Shown here: piece after piece, positions 1 to 8,029 of the stretch
Position numbering within the stretch: position 1 is the stretch's first letter
Layout of the letters: each line of letters opens with the position of its first letter
Source: Bdellovibrionales bacterium
GTDB taxonomy: Bacteria > Bdellovibrionota > FAC87 > UBA2466
Assembly (NCBI GenBank): GCA_005776395.1
Contig: SXPJ01000048.1
Span: 24,211-88,210, forward strand
Direction of reading: 5' to 3'
Length of the DNA stretch: 64,000 nt
Notes under the pieces: generated by a model
The model's input: only the letters and a program-made list of their open reading frames with translations
Databases searched by the model: none
What the model was told of the DNA's origin: nothing
Made by a program: the position numbers and the translations under genes

Positions 1-309
1 CTTCAAGTAGGGACTAAAACAGTGCCCCATCACTAAGGTGAGCCCCGCCCCAGTTAAAAGCCAAGGGGTAGTTGCAGGATAAAACCTCGTCAACGCCCAA
101 AGGGGTAGATAGCCTTTAATGAAATCAAGGACAAAAACCAAGAATCCAGCATACCAACCAAAGACTCGGGTGACATTAGTAGCACCTATGTTGCCACTCC
201 CCATCTCACGAACATCGAGTCCGAACTTGCGCTTGGTAATAGCCACTCCCGCAGGAAAACCGCCAAGTAAATAACAGCCTAAAATAATGAGAAGATCTAA
301 GGGGTTCAC
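1..309 (-). CDS. plsY: Glycerol-3-phosphate acyltransferase PlsY. The gene runs off the window edge. Start is probably GTG at 309.
   Basis: Manual reverse translation gives ...LDLLIILGCYLLGGFPAGVAITKRKFGLDVREMGSGNIGATNVTRVFGW...LDFIKGYLPLW...GHCFSPYLK. The SGN(I/P)GATNV and D.xKG.LP motifs are diagnostic of PlsY. Not in the ORF track because it is truncated. Confidence 0.75.
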   Translation of the reverse strand, partial: MNPLDLLIILGCYLLGGFPAGVAITKRKFGLDVREMGSGNIGATNVTRVFGWYAGFLVFVLDFIKGYLPLWALTRFYPATTPWLLTGAGLTLVMGHCFSPYLK

Positions 310-415
310 AGTTTTCTTATACCGCCTGATTGTCTATTTGGCACTGAAAAGAAAAGAGGCAAGGTTTTCCTTTTCAATTCTTCTGAGTTATGGAAGGTTA
401 GAAACTTCTAAATCC

Positions 416-489
416 GGGCGGTTAGCTCAGCTGGATAGAGCACATGGCTTCGAACCATGGGGTCAGGGGTTCGACTCCCTTACCGCCCA
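416..489 (+). tRNA. tRNA-Arg (anticodon UCG)
   Basis: Cloverleaf GGGCGGT/ACCGCCC acceptor, D-arm GCTC-AGCTGGATA-GAGC, anticodon stem CATGG/CCATG with loop CUUCGAA (anticodon UCG), T-arm AGGGG-TTCGACT-CCCTT, discriminator A. CCA is not encoded. Confidence 0.88.
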
Positions 490-592
490 AATTCTTCTTA
501 AAGCCCATCCATTCGTGTTACAATTTCCTTACACATATAATTTTAAACAAGAATTGGACCCGCAAAAATCAAGATAGATTAGGTGGCAGCGA

Positions 593-1816
593 ATGAATTT
601 TAAAATATGTAGTCTATGGATTTGTTTTCTTATCTCAATTACTTTTTTTAAACCTCTATTAGGTGCTGAAGATTCTTGGGATTATGGAAAAAAATGTGCA
701 GAGGAGTTAGGTGTAGAACTCCCTGCTATCGATTGTAACCAAGGGGCTACCGTGCCCGTCACCGGAGCAGCAAATGATAAGTGCGATCGCCCCTCATTTG
801 GTGTTGCACACTGTTACACAGGAAGCAAAGTTCTCCAACTTACAGCTCAATTTAAACGGACCCCCAACGGTCCCCAAGAAAAAGTGGTGACGACTGTTCA
901 ATGTAGAAAAGGCAAGGGAGATGGAGACTATGAATTAGCGGTGATACAGTACAATGAAACTAATAATAAATCGTGTTGGTGGTTTCCTGGCTACAGAACG
1001 ACTCTTCCCAAACCCTATGATGCCAATATCGAAAGACAAGGGGGCAATGCCCTAACAACATTTCAAAAAAATTCAAGGGCAAGATGGGGAAACTCCTTGC
1101 AAACCCAAGACTGTACGGGCTGTCATACGAATGGTGTTTATATCAGGTCCCCTTGGATCATGCAGATTGATGGATCGGAAGCGGGAAGTTTTGTTCGCAA
1201 TGAAAGAACCGGAGCATACGAACCGGGGGGAAGGATCAGATTTCCTTCAACTATCAATAGACGAGGATATTCCTGCGCCGTAGAACCGGGACAGACCTAC
1301 CCGGAACTTGTGAAGATCAACAGTGCCGCCTTTGACAGCTATAAGTATAATGCAACAAATCCCAGGCCTCCAAATACAGCGCCCTCCGATACCTGTACCA
1401 AATGCCATTTCATGGGCTTTGGAGGATCGGTTTGTAGCATGAGTCGTGTAGGCCTCGGGGAACATGTGACAAATAGCACTTTGAAATACCCTGATAATCG
1501 ATGGATGCCTCCGATAAGTGACTGGCCGAGTGAATTAATCCCCAAGGACAACGACACCCAAGAGAAAAAAGACCAGCTAGAAAAAAAGTTTCTTGAATAT
1601 TATAAGCCCGCTATTGACGCTGTCTTATACTGTTGCGATTCTGCGAACCAAGGACGAAAAGTTAATGTGAGGGGTGAACCTGTCGACATTTGCCAAGGGG
1701 GGGAAGTATTTAATGAAACAAGAACAAGAAACCCCAGTCGACCCTGTCCCGAGCCAGTGGGGCAAATAAGAAGGCCAATTAAAAATAGTACATCTACTGA
1801 AGAACCAACGCATTAA
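593..1816 (+). CDS. Cys-rich exported protein with two CXXCH motifs (possible c-type heme sites); unknown function
   Basis: N-terminal signal peptide (MNFKICSLWICFLISITFF...). Many Cys, including DCTGCHTNG and DTCTKCHFMG. The last ~40 codons are duplicated in inverted orientation at 3218..3345. Confidence 0.6.
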   Translation: MNFKICSLWICFLISITFFKPLLGAEDSWDYGKKCAEELGVELPAIDCNQGATVPVTGAANDKCDRPSFGVAHCYTGSKVLQLTAQFKRTPNGPQEKVVTTVQCRKGKGDGDYELAVIQYNETNNKSCWWFPGYRTTLPKPYDANIERQGGNALTTFQKNSRARWGNSLQTQDCTGCHTNGVYIRSPWIMQIDGSEAGSFVRNERTGAYEPGGRIRFPSTINRRGYSCAVEPGQTYPELVKINSAAFDSYKYNATNPRPPNTAPSDTCTKCHFMGFGGSVCSMSRVGLGEHVTNSTLKYPDNRWMPPISDWPSELIPKDNDTQEKKDQLEKKFLEYYKPAIDAVLYCCDSANQGRKVNVRGEPVDICQGGEVFNETRTRNPSRPCPEPVGQIRRPIKNSTSTEEPTH

Positions 1817-1820
1817 CAGG
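1691..1820. repeat. Left arm of a ~130-bp inverted repeat, partner at 3218..3345, ~96% identity
   Basis: The reverse complement of 1691..1820 aligns with 3218..3345 with 3 substitutions and a 2-nt indel. Confidence 0.85.
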
Positions 1821-2135
1821 AGAAATGACTGCGATTTCTCACGACTGCTCTTGAAAGGCTTATATTCGTTTTGTTTGTACTTACTCACCACAACTTGGCT
1901 TCAATTCGATAAAGCGAGAGCTTTCTTTGAGGCCCCTTCTCGAAAAGCAATTCTGACGATTACTCTTATAGCTATGCTTGTCATCTAACTTATATCAGGG
2001 GTCAGCAGCAGGATCCCACCTTGAATTAATTGATGAATGAATCAGAAAGTTTCTCACTTTGTGTGTACGACGTTTCTTGTAAAGTTTCGGATATCTTGAT
2101 AACTTCACACAAGTTCTCGTAAAAAAGGAGATTAC

Positions 2136-3122
2136 ATGTCTATTTACTGGCGCTTTTCGGGATTGTTTGTAGGAATTTTATGTGTAGCCATCGCTTTCCA
2201 AAGCATTGGAGCTATCGGAAGCGAAATCTATTATGAGGTCTTTAAGCCCGGTGATACCGTCACGGACCAATCCACTGACAGCTCGCACTCTTATCTAGTT
2301 GGCTATGAAGGGCAAGTTCCTGATACCGAATTTGCGGACAAAATCGCCAAGACGGCACTTGCTGCCCACGCAAGCCTTTACATGGTCTTTAACCAGTGCT
2401 TCTCGGGGGGATTTATCGATGAGCTTTCAAAGTTGGGAGGAACACAGTTCATTTTCACTGCCGCCCGTCATTCGGAAACAGCCAGTTATGGATCCCCAGC
2501 GCCCAGCGGTGTAGATCTAGACTCTACCGACACTTTTAATATCGCGCTCGCCGATGGCAACGTTCCAGCCTCGATCGTTGCAGCAGAATCGGTCGCACTA
2601 AATCCCTTTGGCCCTAATCCAAATGCCAAACGCATAGGTGAATCCATGGGAAGTGAGCATGCTCAATATTTAGCCATTGGCGGCGGTGACCAACTACGAC
2701 CTGCCAATTTTGCCGACAGAGGGATAGCGATCCTTTGGGCCGGCCATCCCGCGGAGCGCGATGGCAAACAAATGAGTTTGATGATCGACCGCCTTATCAG
2801 TATGGGATTTAACGCCAACAAGATCTGGCTATTTTATGGGGCAGGAACCATTGAAGCATCCCACCCGATCGCCAAAACCCATTTCGTAGGAAAAGCTCAG
2901 CCAATTAATCTTCAGGCGGCGCTACCGAAAAATCTATTTTCCGTATTTGAAAATTCTTTTAACGAGAAAAATTCGACGCCCCCTGAGTTTGTCTTCTTCT
3001 ATGTCGGGGATCACGGGGGACTTAACTTCAAGGAGGTTGCTAAAACCGGTTTCACTCCCGATCCACTCGTTGCGCCGAACTTTTCAATGAAGCCAGGAAT
3101 AAAAACTTATGGAAACAAGTAG
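2136..3122 (+). CDS. Exported/membrane-anchored hypothetical protein. Possible clan-CD-like Cys/His motifs (NQCFSGGF, GDHGG); speculative.
   Basis: Good RBS (AAGGAG) 8 nt upstream of the ATG. N-terminal hydrophobic segment. GC is higher than the flanks. Sits between the two IR arms. Confidence 0.55.
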   Translation: MSIYWRFSGLFVGILCVAIAFQSIGAIGSEIYYEVFKPGDTVTDQSTDSSHSYLVGYEGQVPDTEFADKIAKTALAAHASLYMVFNQCFSGGFIDELSKLGGTQFIFTAARHSETASYGSPAPSGVDLDSTDTFNIALADGNVPASIVAAESVALNPFGPNPNAKRIGESMGSEHAQYLAIGGGDQLRPANFADRGIAILWAGHPAERDGKQMSLMIDRLISMGFNANKIWLFYGAGTIEASHPIAKTHFVGKAQPINLQAALPKNLFSVFENSFNEKNSTPPEFVFFYVGDHGGLNFKEVAKTGFTPDPLVAPNFSMKPGIKTYGNK

Positions 3123-3217
3123 TTCGGTATTGCCACATACCAGAAAACGCTGAACTAAAACACAATACTCTGAATCTCCAAGTCCGTCGAATCGATAAAT
3201 ACAGTTCTCGATTACTA

Positions 3218-3345
3218 CCTGTTAATGCGTTGGCTCTTCAGTAGATGTGCTATTTTTAATTGGCCTTCTTATTTGCCCCACTGGCTCGGGACAGGGTCGA
3301 CTGGGGTTTCTTGTTCTGGTTTCATTAAATACTCCCCCCTTGGCA
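3218..3345 (-). pseudogene. Frameshifted 3'-terminal fragment of a paralog of the 593..1816 gene (right IR arm)
   Basis: Minus-strand translation reproduces ...VFNETRTRNPSRPCPEPVGQIRRPIKNSTSTEEPTH*, but a 2-nt deletion in the G-run breaks the frame upstream. Confidence 0.55.
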
Positions 3346-3393
3346 TTTGAGGTTGTTATAAAGGGGGGAATTTTAGGGTGCAAGGCTAGTTCT

Positions 3394-4572
3394 CTAGATT
3401 AGGGCTCCCAATATTTTCTCATAGCTTCCCACGTGGATTCGTTTATCGGAATAGTATTTCAAATAGTTCTTTTCCGTTACAAGCTGGAAGTTATGTTGGG
3501 TTTTCAACTGAGCTTGAAATTTAATCAGAGTGGGGCTCAACGTTCGCGAATTTGACTTGCACTCGACCAACATCCAAGGTTTTTTATCTCGAGTGATACA
3601 AAAATCCACCTCGGCTTTGTCCTTGGTCCGAAGAAAGTGTAAATCAAATTCCCCTTGGGCTGTATCCGTCCAGAAATGACAGGCTTTCAAAAGATGTAGA
3701 GCGGTTAGGTTCTCTAAGCGCTTAGGAATGGAACTAATCTGTAAGGAGTCAAATAAGTACAGTTTCCGTTCGGCCCTTACCATGCGATTTAACTTTCCAA
3801 CATAAGGACGAATCAAAAAACAGTGATAAAGCACTTCGAGAACCTGGATCCAATCACGAATGGTCGCATAGGCAACACCCACATCCTCTCTTAAGCTATT
3901 CATGGAAAGAAGTGAGCCCACCCGTTCTGGAAGCAGATCAACCAAGACTTTCACAGCCTGTATATCATCGACAGCTCGAAAATCTCTGACATCTTCTTGA
4001 ACAAGACGCTCTAACCGTAAACGACTCCATCGTGCTGCTTTGGAAACACTGGCCTGCATAAATGGTTCTGGAAAACCCGAATACTGCACAAGATCATCCC
4101 AGGAATAGGGGGCGGGACCTTTTAAGAAGGACTCGCATTCGTCGGGAGAGTGTGGGGTTGTCGTTTCTCCAACTGAAAAGGGGTGTAGACGATAAGGAAT
4201 ATACCTTCCCATTAAACTGTCCCCGCCCTTTCTATAAAAATCTAACCGTGCACTTCCGGTAACTAGAATATGTAAACTATTACCTCTCATGTCATAGAGC
4301 CCTTTTAGGCGTTGCTTCCACCGACGATCTTTATGAATTTCATCCAGAACGATAATCCCCTGCATTTCATTCCCAATTGCAATTTCTGGATCTTTAACCC
4401 ATTTTTTTCTGAATCCAGTGCTATCCCAATTGAAATACTGTTGGGGAACTTGAAGCAAACCTTTGGCAAGGGTGGATTTTCCCACCTGCCTGGGGCCTGA
4501 GATAAACGCCATTTTATTGGATTTAAGGGCGTCTTCAGTAATCAAATTTTGTAAATAACGTTGCCGCATCAT
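3394..4572 (-). CDS. AAA+ ATPase of the COG1373 / DUF4143 family (predicted ATP-binding protein)
   Basis: Walker A GPRQVGKST near the N-terminus. Overall architecture typical of AAA_14 + DUF4143 proteins. Confidence 0.8.
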   Translation of the reverse strand: MMRQRYLQNLITEDALKSNKMAFISGPRQVGKSTLAKGLLQVPQQYFNWDSTGFRKKWVKDPEIAIGNEMQGIIVLDEIHKDRRWKQRLKGLYDMRGNSLHILVTGSARLDFYRKGGDSLMGRYIPYRLHPFSVGETTTPHSPDECESFLKGPAPYSWDDLVQYSGFPEPFMQASVSKAARWSRLRLERLVQEDVRDFRAVDDIQAVKVLVDLLPERVGSLLSMNSLREDVGVAYATIRDWIQVLEVLYHCFLIRPYVGKLNRMVRAERKLYLFDSLQISSIPKRLENLTALHLLKACHFWTDTAQGEFDLHFLRTKDKAEVDFCITRDKKPWMLVECKSNSRTLSPTLIKFQAQLKTQHNFQLVTEKNYLKYYSDKRIHVGSYEKILGALI

Positions 4573-4689
4573 AGCCTCTCATATAACTGATAGATAGCCG
4601 CGTCCAGTTATCAGTTTAGTAAGAAGATGTTTGAAAGACAAGGTAATTGAAAGAACCCCTTTTCGTGAACCTGTGGTCTTCTGTTTGGA

Positions 4690-5040
4690 TATTGTAAGAA
4701 ATGGTCGGGGTGGCCCTACAGTGGTTGAACCAATGGTCGTGGTGCGAGAGCACACCCGGCGATGTGGGTGAAATCATCATGAGTTGGGCTGGCTACCAGG
4801 CTTTGGTGAACCGATTGGGAGGATAACGTAATTTCAGGTCACGCGGATCATTTTACGGTGCCAGGCTGGACGGGCCCCGGCCACCTTTAACTCTTCCTGG
4901 TTGGATGTGAGTATTTAAACCTTTTGCGGTACCTGGACCGCCGTTCCGAGCAGTTGGTGTGTCGCTAATTCCTCGTGTGTCGCATTCATTTTTCGCAAGT
5001 TCTCTACTCCCTCCCTCTGCCGGGTCCTTTTTTTTGCTCT
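4690..5040. other. GC-rich (~55%) non-coding block; candidate structured RNA or decayed foreign DNA
   Basis: No ORF of 60 aa or more in any frame across 4573..4914 despite high GC. Local GNRA-capped hairpins (GTGC-GAGA-GCAC; CACCC..GGGTG). Ends in a T8 run at 5031..5038. Confidence 0.3.
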
Positions 5041-5154
5041 CAATTTTGACAAGATTTTCAACCTACCCGATATCTGTACGAACCCGTTTACTATACCGAT
5101 ATCATTCATCATTCGGTAAAACCCTTCAAATCAAACTCTCCCCAAATCGCCGAA

Positions 5155-5406
5155 ATGTACTTAAAAGATGGCCTTTCCGCGTCCCAGATCTCCGACAGAC
5201 TTGGAATTTCAAAGACGGCGGTTTTGGGGCGATTGCACGCTCTCGGCATACGAAAACTGACTTCGAGCAGTGAGAGGATAACCACCCCGAAGAACTATCG
5301 CGCATCGGTTGCGCCCTACGGGTATCGCAACGTTGATGGTCAGTTACTAGCGAACCGGAAGGAGGTTCGCATATGCAGGGTAGTGGCTCCAACGATAAAG
5401 GCGTAG
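5155..5406 (+). CDS. GcrA-like N-terminal HTH domain protein fragment (tentative)
   Basis: GLSASQISDRLGISKTAVLGRLHALGI resembles the GcrA DNA-binding N-domain (GLSASQIA..LG.SRNAVIGKVHRLGL). The C-terminal part is unlike GcrA. Embedded in GC-rich DNA where overlapping ORFs occur on both strands. Confidence 0.3.
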   Translation: MYLKDGLSASQISDRLGISKTAVLGRLHALGIRKLTSSSERITTPKNYRASVAPYGYRNVDGQLLANRKEVRICRVVAPTIKA

Positions 5407-5533
5407 GGAGAAAACATCCATGAAGAATCGGAATCAGGCACAATAAGGGAAACTGACCCAAGCACAAAGGCCATCATCCCAATGGCGGATAGCCGTGTAC
5501 CCCTCGTCATTTCCTTATGTTCATCGTTCCACA

Positions 5534-5857
5534 TTATGATTTCATCTCGTAAAGGTTGCCCCCACAATATCGACAGAATTTAATTCGCAACGATCCTCCA
5601 AGATAGAACCGACAAGTGGGGCACTTCCAAATCCCGCGGAATAGGATTTGCTGAAGGAGAAAACCCAGCCCAATCAACAAGAGGAAAATCGGAGCTCTTA
5701 ACGCAATTTCAAACAACACATATAGATTCTTGTTGTTTGCCCATTTAATGATCGAAGATAGGCAACTTTGCTCAACGTAAACCAGAGCAAAGCCCGTTAA
5801 GAGACCGAGACCAAGGTTCGCAAAGTAGAGTCGTTTTCTTATGACATCAGGAGACAT
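5534..5857 (-). CDS. Small membrane protein with C-terminal zinc-ribbon (CPTC...CRYC)
   Basis: ATG start, two hydrophobic segments, CxxC-x13-CxxC at the C-terminus. Confidence 0.4.
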   Translation of the reverse strand: MSPDVIRKRLYFANLGLGLLTGFALVYVEQSCLSSIIKWANNKNLYVLFEIALRAPIFLLLIGLGFLLQQILFRGIWKCPTCRFYLGGSLRIKFCRYCGGNLYEMKS

Positions 5858-5863
5858 TTAGAT

Positions 5864-6139
5864 CTATTCGGATTCGGGAGAATTCCACCCATCAATAAAG
5901 GCTTTGATGCTGATGTCTTCATCCACTTCTGGCCAATGGATTCCGTACCCATAGGGATCGATCTCGAATTTCTTAAGTTGCGCAGCCGAAGCATTGGATA
6001 AACGCTCCGACCAGGCGATTGGAATTGACACCTCTCGGCCGTCATCAAGAACGGCGGTAATAATGTCTTTACCGATTTTTAGATCCTTTATAGCCGGGTA
6101 GATTCTTTCCGGTTTATTTTTTTTTGCTAAAGAACTCAT
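5864..6139 (-). CDS. DUF2442 family protein
   Basis: ...ITAVLDDGREVSIPIAWSERL...IHWPEVDEDISIKAFIDGW is typical of DUF2442. ATG at 6139 preferred over the upstream TTG at 6232. Confidence 0.6.
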   Translation of the reverse strand: MSSLAKKNKPERIYPAIKDLKIGKDIITAVLDDGREVSIPIAWSERLSNASAAQLKKFEIDPYGYGIHWPEVDEDISIKAFIDGWNSPESE

Positions 6140-6356
6140 TCCATTCCTCCACAAATTTTTCTTTCTTGTTTCTGATGATTCCCAGAATATCTCTCTGTTC
6201 CCGAGGAGAGTAACCACGTACGTCTGCGACAATGACTTCAGGCAGCCAGACTTTCATGATGCCGCCTTTTCCTCTCACATGAACGTGACAAGGTTCATTT
6301 CCTTCGTTGCTAAAAAAACGAAACTGGTATCCTTTCTCAGTGTGTATCGTTGGCAC
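6114..6356 (-). CDS. DUF4160 family protein
   Basis: MPTIHTEKGYQFRFFSNEGNEPCHVHV matches the DUF4160 N-terminal signature (..F.FysnE..ePpHvHv). GTG start. Overlaps the DUF2442 gene by 26 nt. Confidence 0.65.
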   Translation of the reverse strand: MPTIHTEKGYQFRFFSNEGNEPCHVHVRGKGGIMKVWLPEVIVADVRGYSPREQRDILGIIRNKKEKFVEEWNEFFSKKK

Positions 6357-6469
6357 TTAAGCTCCGCTTGAATCCAAAAGCCTTTGGTTCGAATCCGTTC
6401 AAGATGTCAGGCCAGAAATCTTCCCATCATTTCGGGAACATGTGGTCGCCAAAATTCAAAAAATTTCAA

Positions 6470-6543
6470 TCGGGGTGGCGAGATTTGAACTCACTACCCT
6501 CTGCTCCCAAAGCAGATGCGCTAGCCAACTGCGCTACACCCCG
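6470..6543 (-). tRNA. tRNA-Pro (anticodon UGG)
   Basis: Minus-strand cloverleaf CGGGGTG/CACCCCG acceptor, D-arm GCGC-AGTTGGCTA-GCGC, anticodon stem TCTGC/GCAGA with loop UUUGGGA (anticodon UGG), T-arm GTGAG-TTCAAAT-CTCGC, discriminator A. Confidence 0.88.
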
Positions 6544-6953
6544 ATAAAGATTACTTCAGTTGCTTTGGTAACTTAGATTACCTCCTTTCTTTTGTCCACA
6601 TCTTCCATTGGGCTTCATGGAAGATTCGTGAAAGATTTTGATTTTTAGCAAGATTTCCACGCTTGAGATGAGGTGTATTAAGTTAAAACCCACATAGCAC
6701 TATCTTTCGATACTCCATGCGACCATCAACACTTGATAGATGATTTGCCTTTTGAGGGAATTACTTTGTTGCTAGATAGGATGTTCAGATTTGGAATAGA
6801 TTTTCATTTAGAATGCGGCGAGCAAGTATCACCATGAGATAATATGCAAAATTTCCATGATGGGAGCCAGGCAATTTCCAAAGAATGAGTCCACCGGAAA
6901 TACAGGCGGTAACGAGGGTTCGGTGGCAATCTGGATGTGGGCCATAAATAACC

Positions 6954-7220
6954 TTGAAACCAGCATTAAGCTCGCAAGAGATAATTCGGGAAAAATTAAC
7001 GCCCGAAAGAGCCTATCATCTCGACATGAATCAATCTTACATATTCACCTACTATGACAGTGAAATCACCGCCGATGTAACCATGCACCTTGGGACTGAT
7101 TTAGGATGCTTAAGGCGGGACAGGTTAGCCAATCATTCGTTAATGATTTACCGTTTTAATGCCAGTGGGAGCTGGGGAGTGTTCTGTGTTTGCGGACGAA
7201 TCGTTTGGGATTTTCATTAG
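6954..7220 (+). CDS. Hypothetical small protein (weak)
   Basis: 88-aa ORF with no recognisable motif, followed by a hairpin terminator. Confidence 0.25.
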   Translation: MKPALSSQEIIREKLTPERAYHLDMNQSYIFTYYDSEITADVTMHLGTDLGCLRRDRLANHSLMIYRFNASGSWGVFCVCGRIVWDFH

Positions 7221-7235
7221 TAGGTCAAAAAGAAA

Positions 7236-7275
7236 AAGCCGACCAGATTTTCATCGTCGGCTTTCCCTAAATTAT
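7236..7275. terminator. Rho-independent terminator-like hairpin
   Basis: GCCGAC-CAGATTTTCATC-GTCGGC stem-loop followed by a T-rich tract. Confidence 0.45.
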
Positions 7276-7384
7276 TTTAATAGCGTTATCTTAGTTGTAT
7301 TCGCAGGATAATTCTAATGAAGAACCGCCAGAACTCTTTTGAGTAGAACTGGCGATTCTTGCTAACTGAGTTCCGTAACCGGAA

Positions 7385-7633
7385 TTAGTTGATTGAACAG
7401 ATTCGGACCAATGAGTGTGAAGCAATGTCATAGCTGTGCGAGCACTCAATGCGACTGGCGCGAACAGTGAAGGTTCCGCTGTTCAGCTCTTCGATTTTGA
7501 CCCCTGCTTTTTTAAGAGCTGAGTAGAGGTTGAGTGCTGGGGTCACAGCAGGCGACAAATGCTTTTTTGATACGTTATCAGTGAGCGTTCCTTGTGCCCA
7601 TATAAATCCATGTGGGGTATATTCCATTCTCAC
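7385..7633 (-). CDS. Hypothetical protein; possibly the remnant of a larger exported protein whose signal peptide has no start codon
   Basis: The upstream in-frame sequence encodes a signal-peptide-like ...KSVFLSLFFFSLIAQASDGLKVKGEKAKAV... with no ATG/GTG/TTG before the preceding stop. Confidence 0.3.
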   Translation of the reverse strand: MRMEYTPHGFIWAQGTLTDNVSKKHLSPAVTPALNLYSALKKAGVKIEELNSGTFTVRASRIECSHSYDIASHSLVRICSIN

Positions 7634-8029
7634 ATCAGAAACATCCCAAGAAGCGCTTTCAATGGCTTCTAGCGTAACAGCTCCAACGCTCTGTAGGGCA
7701 TCGATAACAGCTTTTGCCTTCTCACCCTTAACCTTAAGGCCATCGCTAGCCTGGGCTATGAGTGAAAAAAAGAATAAAGATAAGAAAACACTTTTTATGG
7801 GGACCTCTTTTTGGGTGGACTATTCTACAGGTAAACAAAAAACCACTCTTCTAATTCGAGTAGGACCAAACCACATTCCGAGGAATTTAACGCGTAACGT
7901 ATAAAATATCCAGGAATATAACTTCGTGAAAAATTCATGATTAAAAAACTTCATCTTAAAGAGTCGCAATTGGCAATGAACAGAGTAAAAAGAGCCTTAA
8001 TAAAAACTGTCCAAACCTAAAAAAGTCGC

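Noticed and set aside
287-577. 96-aa ORF on the plus strand
   Set aside because: It fully contains the tRNA-Arg gene (416..489), has no coding signal, and is a six-frame artefact.
1247-1891. Three minus-strand ORFs (1247..1465, 1339..1557, 1625..1891)
   Set aside because: They are antisense to and nested within the 593..1816 gene. The last is simply the reverse strand of the inverted-repeat arm.
1691-3345. Diversity-generating-retroelement TR/VR interpretation of the 130-bp repeat
   Set aside because: Mismatches between the arms are not adenine-specific. The arms are inverted rather than direct, and no reverse transcriptase gene is in the window.
4690-5040. Hypotheses that the GC-rich block is tmRNA, RNase P RNA, SRP RNA or a group I/II intron
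   Set aside because: Inspection by eye found no tmRNA termini (GGGG...TTCGAC / GGTTCGANTCC-CCA), no RNase P P4 motifs (GGAAAGTCCGG / ACAGAACCCGGCTTA), no group II domain V or GUGYG-AY boundaries, and no group I P7 elements. Identity is left open.
4915-5567. Mutually overlapping ORFs on both strands (4915..5112, 4959..5273, 5126..5467, 5340..5567)
   Set aside because: Stop-codon-poor GC-rich DNA produces such ORFs by chance. Their products are low-complexity, and only 5155..5406 carries a recognisable motif.
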